Source of the DNA: Candidatus Zixiibacteriota bacterium
GTDB lineage: Bacteria > Zixibacteria > MSB-5A5 > UBA10806 > 4484-95
DNA length: 41,616 nt
NCBI GenBank assembly: GCA_029932605.1
Contig: JAOZPT010000019.1
Span: 1-41,616, forward strand
Direction: 5' to 3'
Part shown: piece after piece, positions 18,863 through 28,183 of the stretch
Position numbering within the stretch: the stretch's first letter is position 1
Layout: each line of letters opens with the position of its first letter
Position numbers and translations under genes: made by a program
The notes under the pieces: generated by a model
What the model was told of the DNA's origin: nothing
What the model saw: the letters and a program-made list of their open reading frames with translations, nothing else
Database searches by the model: none

Positions 18863-18973
18863 GCTTGCATTTTCCTGAGTTCCGAATTTTACATACCAAT
18901 CGTTAGAGACCTGTTTAAAAAGGCCTATCTATTATTGCTCACATATTTTCTGTGATGTCAAGCAAATTTCTCG

Positions 18974-19008
18974 GGAAAAATGTGCCTACTCAATAAGAAA
19001 TATTTTCT
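18974..19008. promoter_or_regulatory. Candidate tandem enhancer sites
   Basis: GGAAAAATGTGCC (18974-18986) and AGAAATATTTTCT (18996-19008), 22 bp apart, ~95-120 bp upstream of the -24 box. Confidence 0.4.
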
Positions 19009-19095
19009 ACTGTTTTTATTATGGTATTTAGTTTGCTCTTTTTCCAATAATGCTAACCTGCAATTATATAAGATGTTACGTTAAACGGGATGTGA

Positions 19096-19111
19096 TGGCA
19101 CAGGGCTTGCT
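19096..19111 (+). promoter_or_regulatory. sigma54 promoter of the MotE-like/fliK/flgDE operon
   Basis: TGGCACAGGGCTTGCT (GG-N10-GC); nearly identical to the flgB promoter. Confidence 0.9.
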
Positions 19112-19142
19112 TTATTAAAAAACGGAATAGTGTATTTAAGCG

Positions 19143-19691
19143 ATGAAATTCGTGTTGAAAATAATTTTTTACTTAGCAGGGATGGTGGTTAGTTTTCTGG
19201 TTTATATTCTGGTTTTTTCGGCAGCGCTTGGAATAAAACCTGACCAGAGTTTGAAATATGCGAAATTTAAAATTGAGCATGTGAAGGCGGATAGTACGGC
19301 GATGGTAGAACAGGATACTGTGATTACAGAGGATTTAATGAGCGAGATCGATAAAGCCCGGCGGTCCATTGCTGATGAGAAAGCGGATTTGCAGTCTCAA
19401 AAAGAACGATTAATAAAAGAAAAGGAAAAACTTGAGGCTTTAAGAGAAGAGATACAGCAACTTTTAGCAGATAAACGTAAGGCAGAAGAGGAAAGGATGT
19501 ATAACCTGGCAAAGATATATGATGGTATGGACCAAGAGAGTGTTGCCAAGGTTTTTAGCCAAATGGAGGATTCGTTGGTTGTGGTGATTTTGCCGAAGAT
19601 GAAACCCGCTAATGCTAGCCAGGTTTTGGAGTTTCTTCCACCTGATAGGTCCGCAAGAATCTCGAAGATGTTATTGGTGAAGGGAGCTTAA
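19143..19691 (+). CDS. Flagellar MotE/YlxF/FlbB-like protein (MgtE N-terminal-like)
   Basis: N-terminal TM, coiled coil, LAKIYDGM..A..MKP..A..L repeats; precedes fliK. Confidence 0.8.
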   Translation: MKFVLKIIFYLAGMVVSFLVYILVFSAALGIKPDQSLKYAKFKIEHVKADSTAMVEQDTVITEDLMSEIDKARRSIADEKADLQSQKERLIKEKEKLEALREEIQQLLADKRKAEEERMYNLAKIYDGMDQESVAKVFSQMEDSLVVVILPKMKPANASQVLEFLPPDRSARISKMLLVKGA

Positions 19692-19692
19692 G

Positions 19693-21372
19693 TTGGGGCA
19701 GTTGTTTTCAGATATAGCATCTTTGACGAATTTTTTGATCCATAAAGGCGATAAATCAAATCCCGCTGATGTAAAAAAACAAGGTGGGTATGATTTTGAT
19801 GATTGGCTTACATTTTCAATAGTCAATAATAATTACTGGTGTAACGATAATACAAAAACGGGGATTATGAATGATTCCATAGGCGTATTGGAAAACCTCA
19901 TTGATGATGGCATAAATTTGTTCGAAAAAACAGAACATTTAGATTCTAATAATTTATCATCTGAAACATATTCATATAAGATCTTACCGGCGGATGAATT
20001 AAAATACTTGGTCAAAACTCAGACTGTTTCCCTGATACTGGACATTCAAAAATCGGAAGAGCTTGTTGGTTTGTTGAAAGAGGCTTTTTCTAAGAATAAA
20101 GTTGGTGATGGTGAACAGCTTTTAAATAAACAGTATAATAATCAGGCAGACACTACAGCACTGGAGGTCATCGCATATGATGGGTTTAGAAAGACCACAC
20201 CTTATTTACATGATAATTCCCATTTTCAGGGTGATGTATCGGTACAGTTGAAACCGGATTTTATATTTGATAAGCTCATATGGAAAGAAAATCAATCTGT
20301 ACCTTTAAAAATAAACACTAATGATGGTGATATTTTTTATTATAAGATTCCTGCCGAAAGATTGATGGAATTGTTGGAGAGATATCCTGATAGGATATTG
20401 ATAGAGGTAAAAACAACAGGGGAAGACGAAACATCGATAAACGATAATAAATTATTTTCTCAATCAACAAATCCTTCTAGTAGGAAAAATCAACAACATA
20501 AATATATTATATTTGATTTAAAAGCATTGCTTGAACAAAAAGATTTTAACCGTCAAATGAGCATTCAAAAGTTCAGGGTGATTGAAAAAACCGTCATAAC
20601 AGATATCCGGACTGCAACATGGCAAACAGGTATCAAGGATATTGTTGAAGAAAATTCAGGGAATAGTCAAACAGTTGTTTCTGATAACAACCACTGTAAG
20701 ATACGAAAGATGAAACAGTCATCTGCTAACGGATTTAAAACGCTGTTAACCTCAGATAACGATAAGTTAACCGAAACCACTGTTAATTCTTTTAAGGATT
20801 TTGCTGAGAGCATAAGACCTCGAGTGATAGCGGATAATGTTGTACCCAGGCAGTATCCAGCAATAAAAATTAACGAAAGGCTTGATTTAGCAAGTAGCAG
20901 ACTATCAGCTGAAAATGGTTCACCATGTATAGCTATTGAAAATATTGATAAGATTATAAACCAGTTAAGGTCAAGGTTGATGGTTATTCCGGGACGCACT
21001 CAAATGACCATCAAATTAAAACCAGAACATTTGGGTCGTCTTACCATTGACTTATCTTATGATGGTAAAAGGGTAGAGGTATTGTTTAAAGTGGAAACCC
21101 TTGGGGTAAAACAGATTCTTGAGGCTGAAATAATGCGATTGAGAACGGATTTAAATATTGACAATTGCAAGATTGAAATGGCCTTAAAGGATTTCCAGGA
21201 TTTTAATCCCTCATCTAACGGACATTTACATTCAAAAACGGCAGGGGGCTTTTCATGTCGCTATTTGCCGTCGGCTAATGGGCAAGTTGATGAGGATAAT
21301 AATAAAGATGAGAAGTTAAGTATTGGATGTTCGAAGAAATACCATGATGGAGAAATCGATCTATTTATTTGA
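19693..21372 (+). CDS. fliK: Hook-length control protein FliK
   Basis: C-terminal MTIKLKPEHLGRLTIDL signature; position before flgD; divergent N-terminus. Confidence 0.85.
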   Translation: MGQLFSDIASLTNFLIHKGDKSNPADVKKQGGYDFDDWLTFSIVNNNYWCNDNTKTGIMNDSIGVLENLIDDGINLFEKTEHLDSNNLSSETYSYKILPADELKYLVKTQTVSLILDIQKSEELVGLLKEAFSKNKVGDGEQLLNKQYNNQADTTALEVIAYDGFRKTTPYLHDNSHFQGDVSVQLKPDFIFDKLIWKENQSVPLKINTNDGDIFYYKIPAERLMELLERYPDRILIEVKTTGEDETSINDNKLFSQSTNPSSRKNQQHKYIIFDLKALLEQKDFNRQMSIQKFRVIEKTVITDIRTATWQTGIKDIVEENSGNSQTVVSDNNHCKIRKMKQSSANGFKTLLTSDNDKLTETTVNSFKDFAESIRPRVIADNVVPRQYPAIKINERLDLASSRLSAENGSPCIAIENIDKIINQLRSRLMVIPGRTQMTIKLKPEHLGRLTIDLSYDGKRVEVLFKVETLGVKQILEAEIMRLRTDLNIDNCKIEMALKDFQDFNPSSNGHLHSKTAGGFSCRYLPSANGQVDEDNNKDEKLSIGCSKKYHDGEIDLFI

Positions 21373-21383
21373 AAGGAGGTGAA

Positions 21384-22088
21384 ATGGCTAACATACCCAA
21401 TATTACGTTTTATGATCCGACCCTTGACGGCTATGATTACTCGGTGAAAAGTGACCTGGGGAAAGAAGACTTTTTGCATTTGTTAGTAACCCAGCTTCGT
21501 TACCAGGACCCTCTCTCACCGATGCAGGATCAGGCTTTTATTGCACAGTTAGCGCAATTTTCTCAGCTTGAACAGCTGGAGAACATGACCAGCTCACTTG
21601 AGACATCAACACAGGTTGATTATGTCATGAGCCAGACTATTGCCAACACTATGGCGACAACGTTAATAGGTAAGACCGTTGTCGCTGAAGGTGCGGATTT
21701 TTATCTGGCTTCAGATGGTCAGGCAAATTTAAGCTACCATCTTGATACCGAAGCCAGTTCTGTTACGGTTAAGATTTATAATGAGAGCGGTGCACTGGTA
21801 AGAACCATCCAACAAGAGGAAATCCCCAAGGGAAATAATACTTATATCTGGGATGGCCGTGATGATAATGGGAACCAGGCAAGTCCCGGCACCTATTCGT
21901 ATGAGGTAAGCGCCTCGACTCTTACCGGTGAGAACGTTGATGTTTCCAAAAGAGTAATCGGTCCTGTTGAGTCGGTTAAATATGTTGATGGTAGAGCTTA
22001 CCTTATAGTTGGCGGTTACAAGGTAGATTTATCGACGATAATTGAGATTCTGGATGGAGATAGTTTAAACGTTAATTATAACAGTTAA
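21384..22088 (+). CDS. flgD: Hook-capping protein FlgD
   Basis: FLHLLVTQLRYQDPLSPM, WDGRDDNG; AGGAGG RBS supports ATG 21384. Confidence 0.96.
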   Translation: MANIPNITFYDPTLDGYDYSVKSDLGKEDFLHLLVTQLRYQDPLSPMQDQAFIAQLAQFSQLEQLENMTSSLETSTQVDYVMSQTIANTMATTLIGKTVVAEGADFYLASDGQANLSYHLDTEASSVTVKIYNESGALVRTIQQEEIPKGNNTYIWDGRDDNGNQASPGTYSYEVSASTLTGENVDVSKRVIGPVESVKYVDGRAYLIVGGYKVDLSTIIEILDGDSLNVNYNS

Positions 22089-22116
22089 ATTTGACTGTTT
22101 GGAGAGGAGGTGAATA

Positions 22117-22503
22117 ATGAAGATATCCGATGTTGATAGAAATGTTGTTTCCGTGATTGAAAAGCCTTTTTCTATAAGGGAAAGTCCAACTATTCCTGAA
22201 AAGTCAAGGCAGTTTCAGAAGACTCTTGAATCAGAATTGTCCGTTGTTACTGATTTAAAATTTTCCAACCATGCTATTGACAGGCTTTCTACCAGAAAAG
22301 TCAAATTTGATAAACAGACTATAAGTAGGTTAAATAAGGCGGTTAGCAAAGCTGGTCAGAAGGGGGCCAGCCAATCGTTGGTATTGCTTGATGAGTTGGC
22401 TTTTCTGGTTTCGGTCAAAAACAAGATGGTTATTACCGCATTGGAAGCTGACAAAATGAAGGAAGGAGTATTCACTAACATAGACAGTGCGGTGATAGGT
22501 TAA
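22117..22503 (+). CDS. Flagellar operon protein (TIGR02530 family)
   Basis: LKFSNHAIDRL, KGASQSLVL, VITAL, GVFTNIDSAV; flgD-flgE position. Confidence 0.88.
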   Translation: MKISDVDRNVVSVIEKPFSIRESPTIPEKSRQFQKTLESELSVVTDLKFSNHAIDRLSTRKVKFDKQTISRLNKAVSKAGQKGASQSLVLLDELAFLVSVKNKMVITALEADKMKEGVFTNIDSAVIG

Positions 22504-22511
22504 TCGTAAAC

Positions 22512-22571
22512 GGGCTGGACCCCGATAAGGGGAGGCCCTTGCCCCGGCCTGACTGGTCGGGCTTCAGGAGG
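22512..22571 (+). promoter_or_regulatory. Putative structured cis-regulatory RNA leader of flgE
   Basis: Two GC-rich hairpins (22512-22538 with internal loop; 22541-22562) directly before the AGGAGG RBS; no U-tract. Confidence 0.6.
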
Positions 22572-22582
22572 GAATTTTAAAA

Positions 22583-25279
22583 ATGATGGCATCACTTTTT
22601 GCTGGAGTTTCCGGCTTGCGCAACCACCAGGTAAAAATGAATGTGGTTGGCGACAACATTGCGAACGTAAATACTATTGGCTTCAAGATGGGGCGAGTAA
22701 CGTTCCAGGAGGCTTTAGTGCAAACTATGCGTGGAGCGAGCAGGCCCACAGCAACCAGGGGTGGCTCAAATCCGCTCCAGTTGGGTTTGGGGATGTCTCT
22801 TTCCACTATAGATAACATTTTCTTGCAGGGTGGTCTTGAGACAACCGGTCAGATAACCGATCTGGCCATTCAGGGTTCGGGCTTCTTTGTTCTCTCTAAT
22901 GGCCAACAGGAATATTACACACGTGCTGGCGCTTTCGGTTACGATGCTAACTCCAACATGGTTAATCCGAGTAACGGATTTATCCTTCAGGGGAAAATGG
23001 CCGATGTTGATGGAACCATACCGGCTAACGCCCCCGTGGGGAATATAACTCTGCCGTTTGGCCAGCAGGACCCGGCGAGGGCTTCAACCGAGATGACGCT
23101 GGGTTTGAACTTGGATTCAAATGCCACTGATTCATTAGCCTCGCTTGTTCAGGCAGGTAGTACCAATGTGACAACTGTTTCTGGTTATGCACAAAACGGT
23201 TCAGGGGGTACTCATACGATAACGATTACAGGTGAGAATGCTTCTTTCTCTCAGCTTTCCGGTAATCATGCTAATGTGCTGGATGATTTTAGCCTGGGAG
23301 ATGCAACAGCTACTTCAAACTTGGATGGTGCAGGTAATCTTAATCCTGGTACTACATACTACTATACTGTAATCGCTGTGAATGAACTTGGTCAATCTAC
23401 AGGTGTTGAGTTTAGCCATACACTTGTAGCTGGTAACGATTCGATAGTTATTGATTGGTCGGCATATACCGATCTGGCAGATGCTGATAAAATCAATATT
23501 TATAGAACAACGGTAGCGGGAGATTATACTCAGGGTAATAACGGATGGATTGCCGAGGTCGATGTTTCCGGATCAACTCCACCTTCAACATATACCGATC
23601 TTGGTGACACTCCCATTTCAAGCATCAATCCACCTATTGTTAACTCCACTTTAAACCTTACTGGTCAGGTTAAACTTTCTGATCTTGGGATTACCAACGC
23701 TACAAATTTTCAAATAAGCGTTGATAACGATGACTGGGTTACACTTACCCAGTTAACGGTGGACTCGACCGTGAACGATTTGATTGCAGCAATAAATTCA
23801 AGTGTTCAGGGAGTTACAGCCTCGATTGTTGACGGTCAATTGGAATTAAAACGGGATTATGCAGGTAGTCCCAGTGTTTATAACGTTAGGGTTCGTGATC
23901 TTCCTTACCCTGACCAGCTTGATGATTTTGGCGTTGGCGATGCCACGGCTACGTCAAATCTGGATGGTGCGGGTAATCTTACGCCCGGTACCACATACTA
24001 TTATACCGTAATTGCTGTAAACAACAACGGAAAGTCAACGGGTTTTGAATTCAATCAAACAGTGGCTGCCGGTGATGACTCGATGGTTATCGATTGGTCA
24101 GCTTATGCTGACTTGGCTGACGCTACCAGCATTAGTATTTACCGAACCACAGTTCCTGGTGATTACACCTCGGGGAGCAATGGTTTAATTGCTAATGTTG
24201 ATGTTACAGGTGGAACCACAACATATACAGACCTTGGTGCAGCGCCTTTAAATAATGAGAATCCACCTACTGTAAATACAACCATTCCTAATATCTGTTT
24301 GAAAGTATTTGGAACATCAACGTTTACTGTGAATAATGGTACAGCCTCAACCATTCAGGCGGTTGATGTGTTTACGCCTACTGTAACAGGCATTGACTTT
24401 GATCCTGTTGCACTGACTTTAATTACTGACCCCAATACTGGTATTGTGACCGGCATTTCCGATTTAGGAGGGGGTGGAGTTACAATTTCAACCGGCCAGG
24501 GTGGCTTGGTTGGTGATCCTGATGGCACGGGGCCCTTGACATCATCGACATTGATAATTGAAACTCGTGATACGCAACATGCAACGAGTATTACTGCCTA
24601 TGATTCCCAAGGTGGAAGACATACAATAACGATCACTTTCACGAAGAGCTGGGAAAACAATATGTGGTATTGGGAGGCCTCTGTCAGCGGTAACGAGGAA
24701 ATTCGCACTGGCGGTTCAGGTAGTGTTAATTTTAATGCTGACGGTTCCTTGGCCTCATTTAATTTTGAGGGTGGAGCTACTTCATTAAGAATAGAACCGA
24801 ACAATGGGGCGGAGGAAATGGACATAACTATTTTGGCTGGAACGCCTGGTGGTTATGATGGTCTTACAGGTTTTGCCGCCTCATCGACCGCTACTGCCCG
24901 CTCACAGGATGGGTATGGTCTTGGTGTTCTGGCTAATATCTCAATTGACTCCTCAGGAACGATAACCGGCATATTTACAAATGGTGTTTCCCGGGTGCTG
25001 GCTCAGATTTACATTGCCGATTTTAACAATCCAGCCGGTTTAATAAAAGCTGGTAAAAATCTGTATCAAAGCTCTGCCAACTCTGGTAATGCCATTTTAG
25101 GTGTGCCCGGTTCTACGACATCCTCGACTATTACATCGGGAGCGCTGGAGATATCAAATGTTGACCTGGCTCAAGAGTTTACCAATATGATCGTATCCCA
25201 GAGGGGCTTCCAAGCCAACGCCAGAGTGATAACAACCTCTGATGCAATGTTGCAAGAGCTGGTAAACCTTAAAGGGTAA
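22583..25279 (+). CDS. flgE: Hook protein FlgE, enlarged (898 aa) with inserted domains
   Basis: NIANVNTIGFK, DLAIQGSGFF, YTRAGAF, YDSQG, LEISNVDLAQEFTNMIVSQRGFQAN. Confidence 0.96.
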   Translation: MMASLFAGVSGLRNHQVKMNVVGDNIANVNTIGFKMGRVTFQEALVQTMRGASRPTATRGGSNPLQLGLGMSLSTIDNIFLQGGLETTGQITDLAIQGSGFFVLSNGQQEYYTRAGAFGYDANSNMVNPSNGFILQGKMADVDGTIPANAPVGNITLPFGQQDPARASTEMTLGLNLDSNATDSLASLVQAGSTNVTTVSGYAQNGSGGTHTITITGENASFSQLSGNHANVLDDFSLGDATATSNLDGAGNLNPGTTYYYTVIAVNELGQSTGVEFSHTLVAGNDSIVIDWSAYTDLADADKINIYRTTVAGDYTQGNNGWIAEVDVSGSTPPSTYTDLGDTPISSINPPIVNSTLNLTGQVKLSDLGITNATNFQISVDNDDWVTLTQLTVDSTVNDLIAAINSSVQGVTASIVDGQLELKRDYAGSPSVYNVRVRDLPYPDQLDDFGVGDATATSNLDGAGNLTPGTTYYYTVIAVNNNGKSTGFEFNQTVAAGDDSMVIDWSAYADLADATSISIYRTTVPGDYTSGSNGLIANVDVTGGTTTYTDLGAAPLNNENPPTVNTTIPNICLKVFGTSTFTVNNGTASTIQAVDVFTPTVTGIDFDPVALTLITDPNTGIVTGISDLGGGGVTISTGQGGLVGDPDGTGPLTSSTLIIETRDTQHATSITAYDSQGGRHTITITFTKSWENNMWYWEASVSGNEEIRTGGSGSVNFNADGSLASFNFEGGATSLRIEPNNGAEEMDITILAGTPGGYDGLTGFAASSTATARSQDGYGLGVLANISIDSSGTITGIFTNGVSRVLAQIYIADFNNPAGLIKAGKNLYQSSANSGNAILGVPGSTTSSTITSGALEISNVDLAQEFTNMIVSQRGFQANARVITTSDAMLQELVNLKG
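23279..24286 (+). repeat. Duplicated ~125-aa FN3/Ig-like module within flgE
   Basis: Copies at 23279-23653 and 23918-24286; 89 of 125 residues identical by manual alignment. Confidence 0.92.
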
Positions 25280-25288
25280 TTGATGGTT

Positions 25289-25315
25289 AAGGGGGAGGGG
25301 TTGAACCTCCCCCTT
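25289..25315 (+). terminator. Intra-operon hairpin after flgE (weak terminator or mRNA stabiliser)
   Basis: AAGGGGGAGG-7nt-CCTCCCCCTT, with only a short U run. Confidence 0.65.
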
Positions 25316-25330
25316 TAAAGGAAATTGACA

Positions 25331-25540
25331 ATGATTAAACTGACAAGACTCAACGATTCGGAACTTGTGATAAATACCGACTTGATAGAATACATCGAGG
25401 CTATTCCGGATACTATTATCAGTCTGACCACAGGGAAAAAGATAATGGTAAAAGAGACCGTTGATGATGTGATTAACAAAGTGGAGAATTTTAAGAGAAG
25501 GACCAATCAGATAGAAATAAAAGATGAAAAGGTGAGGTGA
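25331..25540 (+). CDS. flbD: Flagellar protein FlbD (SwrD family)
   Basis: MIKLTRLN..IN.DLIE.IE..PDT.I.L..GKK..VKE. Confidence 0.93.
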   Translation: MIKLTRLNDSELVINTDLIEYIEAIPDTIISLTTGKKIMVKETVDDVINKVENFKRRTNQIEIKDEKVR

Positions 25541-25542
25541 AT

Positions 25543-26118
25543 ATGGCTGAGGTTGAACAGGTGACAACATCGAAAAGCCCGAAAACCGACGAGGAAACCC
25601 CTAAGGAAACTGAAAAAAAGAAGAAAGGATTAAATCTCAAACTGATAATGATTGTTGTTGTTCAATTGTTATTGGCTGGTGGTGCATTCTTTGTGGTTAC
25701 AAAATTCATTAAACCTGATCCAGCATTACAGATGGTAGTAAAAGAAAAAGAAGAAGAACCGGTTGTTAGCGAGGGTAATGCTGAAACACAGATTTACCTT
25801 CTGGAGGACCTCATTGTTAATCCGGCAGGTACTAAAGGCAGCCGCTATCTATCTGTTTCGATAGGTGTGGAGATGGCAGCTGAGCCAAAGGGGAAAAGCG
25901 GTGGCCATGGAGATGGTAATGAATCCAACCCGCTTAATGAGAGAAAACCTCAACTGAGGGATGCATTGATTAGTATACTTTCGGCCAAGACGATAATGCA
26001 GTTAACCACGGTTGAAGAAAAGGAACGGATAAGGCAGGAGATATTAGAAACGTTCCGCCGGGTTTTAGACCCAAAGCCTGTTTATCAGATTTATTTTGTT
26101 GATTTTGTATTGCAATAG
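25543..26118 (+). CDS. fliL: Basal-body-associated protein FliL
   Basis: Single TM, LIVNPAG..RYL, LRDALI.ILS.KT, IYFVDFVLQ. Confidence 0.93.
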   Translation: MAEVEQVTTSKSPKTDEETPKETEKKKKGLNLKLIMIVVVQLLLAGGAFFVVTKFIKPDPALQMVVKEKEEEPVVSEGNAETQIYLLEDLIVNPAGTKGSRYLSVSIGVEMAAEPKGKSGGHGDGNESNPLNERKPQLRDALISILSAKTIMQLTTVEEKERIRQEILETFRRVLDPKPVYQIYFVDFVLQ

Positions 26119-26120
26119 TT

Positions 26121-27104
26121 ATGGCGAAGATATTATCACAGGATGAAATCGATGATCTTCTGAGCAACGTGGCCACTAATGGTGAAGGCTCAGAGCTTTT
26201 AGAAAAAGCATCGGCTAAAGCGGATATATTGGGTAAAGCTGTAGCTTACGATTTTAAACATCCCAATCGTCTCTCCAAAGACCAGATGCGAACCCTGGAA
26301 TCCCTTCACTCTAACTTTGCCGGTCATTTCCGTTCTGCGCTTTCAGGGATTACCAGATCGGTGGTTGATGTTGACCTTTTATCGGTTGACCAGATTACCT
26401 ATTCCGAATTCATAATGTCTTTGATGTCACCATCATGCACTTATGTTTTTACATTATCACCTCTGGATGGTGTGGGCATTATGGATTTCAATCCCTCGGT
26501 TGTATTTGCATTTGTTGACCGGATGTTTGGTGGAGTAGGAAAGACATTGAATGCCGAGCGGGAGCTAACGGGTATTGAAAAATCTATTATGAAGAAGATT
26601 GTCTCCCGCAGTTTTAAAGAGTTAGAAAAAACCTGGGAAAGCATACTACCAGTCAATATTAAACAATCAGCCTTTGAATCAAATCCACAGTTTATCCAGG
26701 TTGTACCGCAGGGTGAAACGGTTATTGTGATATCATTACAATTAAAGATGATGTCTTCATCGGGGATAATGACCATTTGTTACCCATATCTGACCCTTGA
26801 AGGGGTTGTCGAAAAATTATCAGCGCAAAAAAGTATGGATAAAAACAAAAAAATAGTGGACAAAGACAACCGGTTAATGAATGCAAAAAGGCTTGTTCCA
26901 GTTCAGACATATGTGAAAACGGTTCTTGGCAATACCACCCTTACTGTGCGCGATCTTATAAATATAAAAGCGGGAGATGTTATTAAGCTGGACCAACGGA
27001 TTTATCAGGACGTCGACGTTTATGTTGGAGATAAGTTAAAGTTTCATGGTAAACCGGGTTTATCCGGCAACCAGTTAGCAGTAAAAATAACAAATTATCA
27101 TTGA
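26121..27104 (+). CDS. fliM: Motor switch protein FliM
   Basis: ILSQDEIDDLL CheY-binding peptide, YDFKHP, FESNPQF. Confidence 0.96.
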   Translation: MAKILSQDEIDDLLSNVATNGEGSELLEKASAKADILGKAVAYDFKHPNRLSKDQMRTLESLHSNFAGHFRSALSGITRSVVDVDLLSVDQITYSEFIMSLMSPSCTYVFTLSPLDGVGIMDFNPSVVFAFVDRMFGGVGKTLNAERELTGIEKSIMKKIVSRSFKELEKTWESILPVNIKQSAFESNPQFIQVVPQGETVIVISLQLKMMSSSGIMTICYPYLTLEGVVEKLSAQKSMDKNKKIVDKDNRLMNAKRLVPVQTYVKTVLGNTTLTVRDLINIKAGDVIKLDQRIYQDVDVYVGDKLKFHGKPGLSGNQLAVKITNYH

Positions 27105-27113
27105 GGATTAATT

Positions 27114-27749
27114 ATGGTTGAAGAAAAACAACAAGCAGACAGGTCTGACTCCAAGACGGGGAAGCCTCCTGATTCTCCGCCTGTCGACATGTCCGCTTCA
27201 CCCGAAAAGGAAGAGGTCAAGATACCGGAGATGGACGTTCCCCAATCAGAATCGGCCAGTGGGGAACAGTCAGAAGCACAAGTACAGGTAAAAGATATTC
27301 AACAAGAGGTTTCAGAGAAAGAATCTCCTGATTCGGCTGGGGAAACGGCTGAGGCAAAAATTATGGAAACACCGGAGAGAGATTCTACTTTGGCTCCAGA
27401 TAATGCTGAGACCACGCCGGCAATGGAGGATCAACCTCTTGTCGAGAAGCCATCATTTAAACAACTCAAACCCGAGGATAAAGAGAAAGTCCGAAATATC
27501 AATATGCTGTTGGATGTTTCCTTGCCGGTTTCCATTGAGCTTGGGCGGACCAATATGGCTATTGAGGATATCCTAAACCTTGGCCCCGGGTCCGTGGTAG
27601 AGTTGGACAAATTAGCAGGTGAACCGGTTGACCTTTTAGTTAATAATAAGCTCCTTGCTAAAGGTGAGGTAGTTGTGGTTGATGAGAATTTCGGTTTACG
27701 TGTTACCAGCATGATTTCTCCTCAGGATAGGATTAGGAGCCTGAAATGA
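27114..27749 (+). CDS. fliN: Motor switch protein FliN with long acidic N-terminal extension
   Basis: [30 protein letters not shown]. Confidence 0.95.
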   Translation: MVEEKQQADRSDSKTGKPPDSPPVDMSASPEKEEVKIPEMDVPQSESASGEQSEAQVQVKDIQQEVSEKESPDSAGETAEAKIMETPERDSTLAPDNAETTPAMEDQPLVEKPSFKQLKPEDKEKVRNINMLLDVSLPVSIELGRTNMAIEDILNLGPGSVVELDKLAGEPVDLLVNNKLLAKGEVVVVDENFGLRVTSMISPQDRIRSLK

Positions 27750-28183
27750 AAACACTGAGGCTCTTACCTGGAATATTGATTTTACATGGCCTAACATACG
27801 CTCAAGATACACTAAAAACTGTTCCAGTTCTCCCCGAAATAGATTATAACCCGAGTATTGCAGGTATTCTATTCAAACTTATCCTATCACTGGTGGTCAT
27901 TGTTGGTTTGATTTATTTATCCATTTTCATGTTGAAAAGGTTAAGCAACAGGACATTTTCTAACAGCGAAAACTTGGTTAAGGTTATCGCTAAATCTCAT
28001 CTTACACCCAAACAAAGCCTTTTTATTGTAAAACTTGGATTGTCCTATAATGTATTGGGAGTCAGTGAATATTCAGTAAGCTTTATCAAGGAATTAGCTC
28101 CAGAAGAGGTCGAATCTCTCAAACAGAGTCCTGAAAAACCAAAAAGTTTTCAGAACGTTTTAAAATCCGTTTTAAAAAGATGA
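27746..28183 (+). CDS. fliO: Export protein FliO/FliZ
   Basis: TM helix then VI.K..L.PKQSL.IV..G....LGV; lies between fliN and fliP. Confidence 0.85.
   Translation: MKTLRLLPGILILHGLTYAQDTLKTVPVLPEIDYNPSIAGILFKLILSLVVIVGLIYLSIFMLKRLSNRTFSNSENLVKVIAKSHLTPKQSLFIVKLGLSYNVLGVSEYSVSFIKELAPEEVESLKQSPEKPKSFQNVLKSVLKR

Noticed and set aside
18931..18961. TTGACA on the minus strand upstream of the S8 gene
   Set aside because: Only a weak -10 (AATAAT at 19-nt spacing); possible but unsupported
8797..19142. Block as a mobile element
   Set aside because: No transposase, integrase, tRNA target, terminal inverted repeats or target duplication seen
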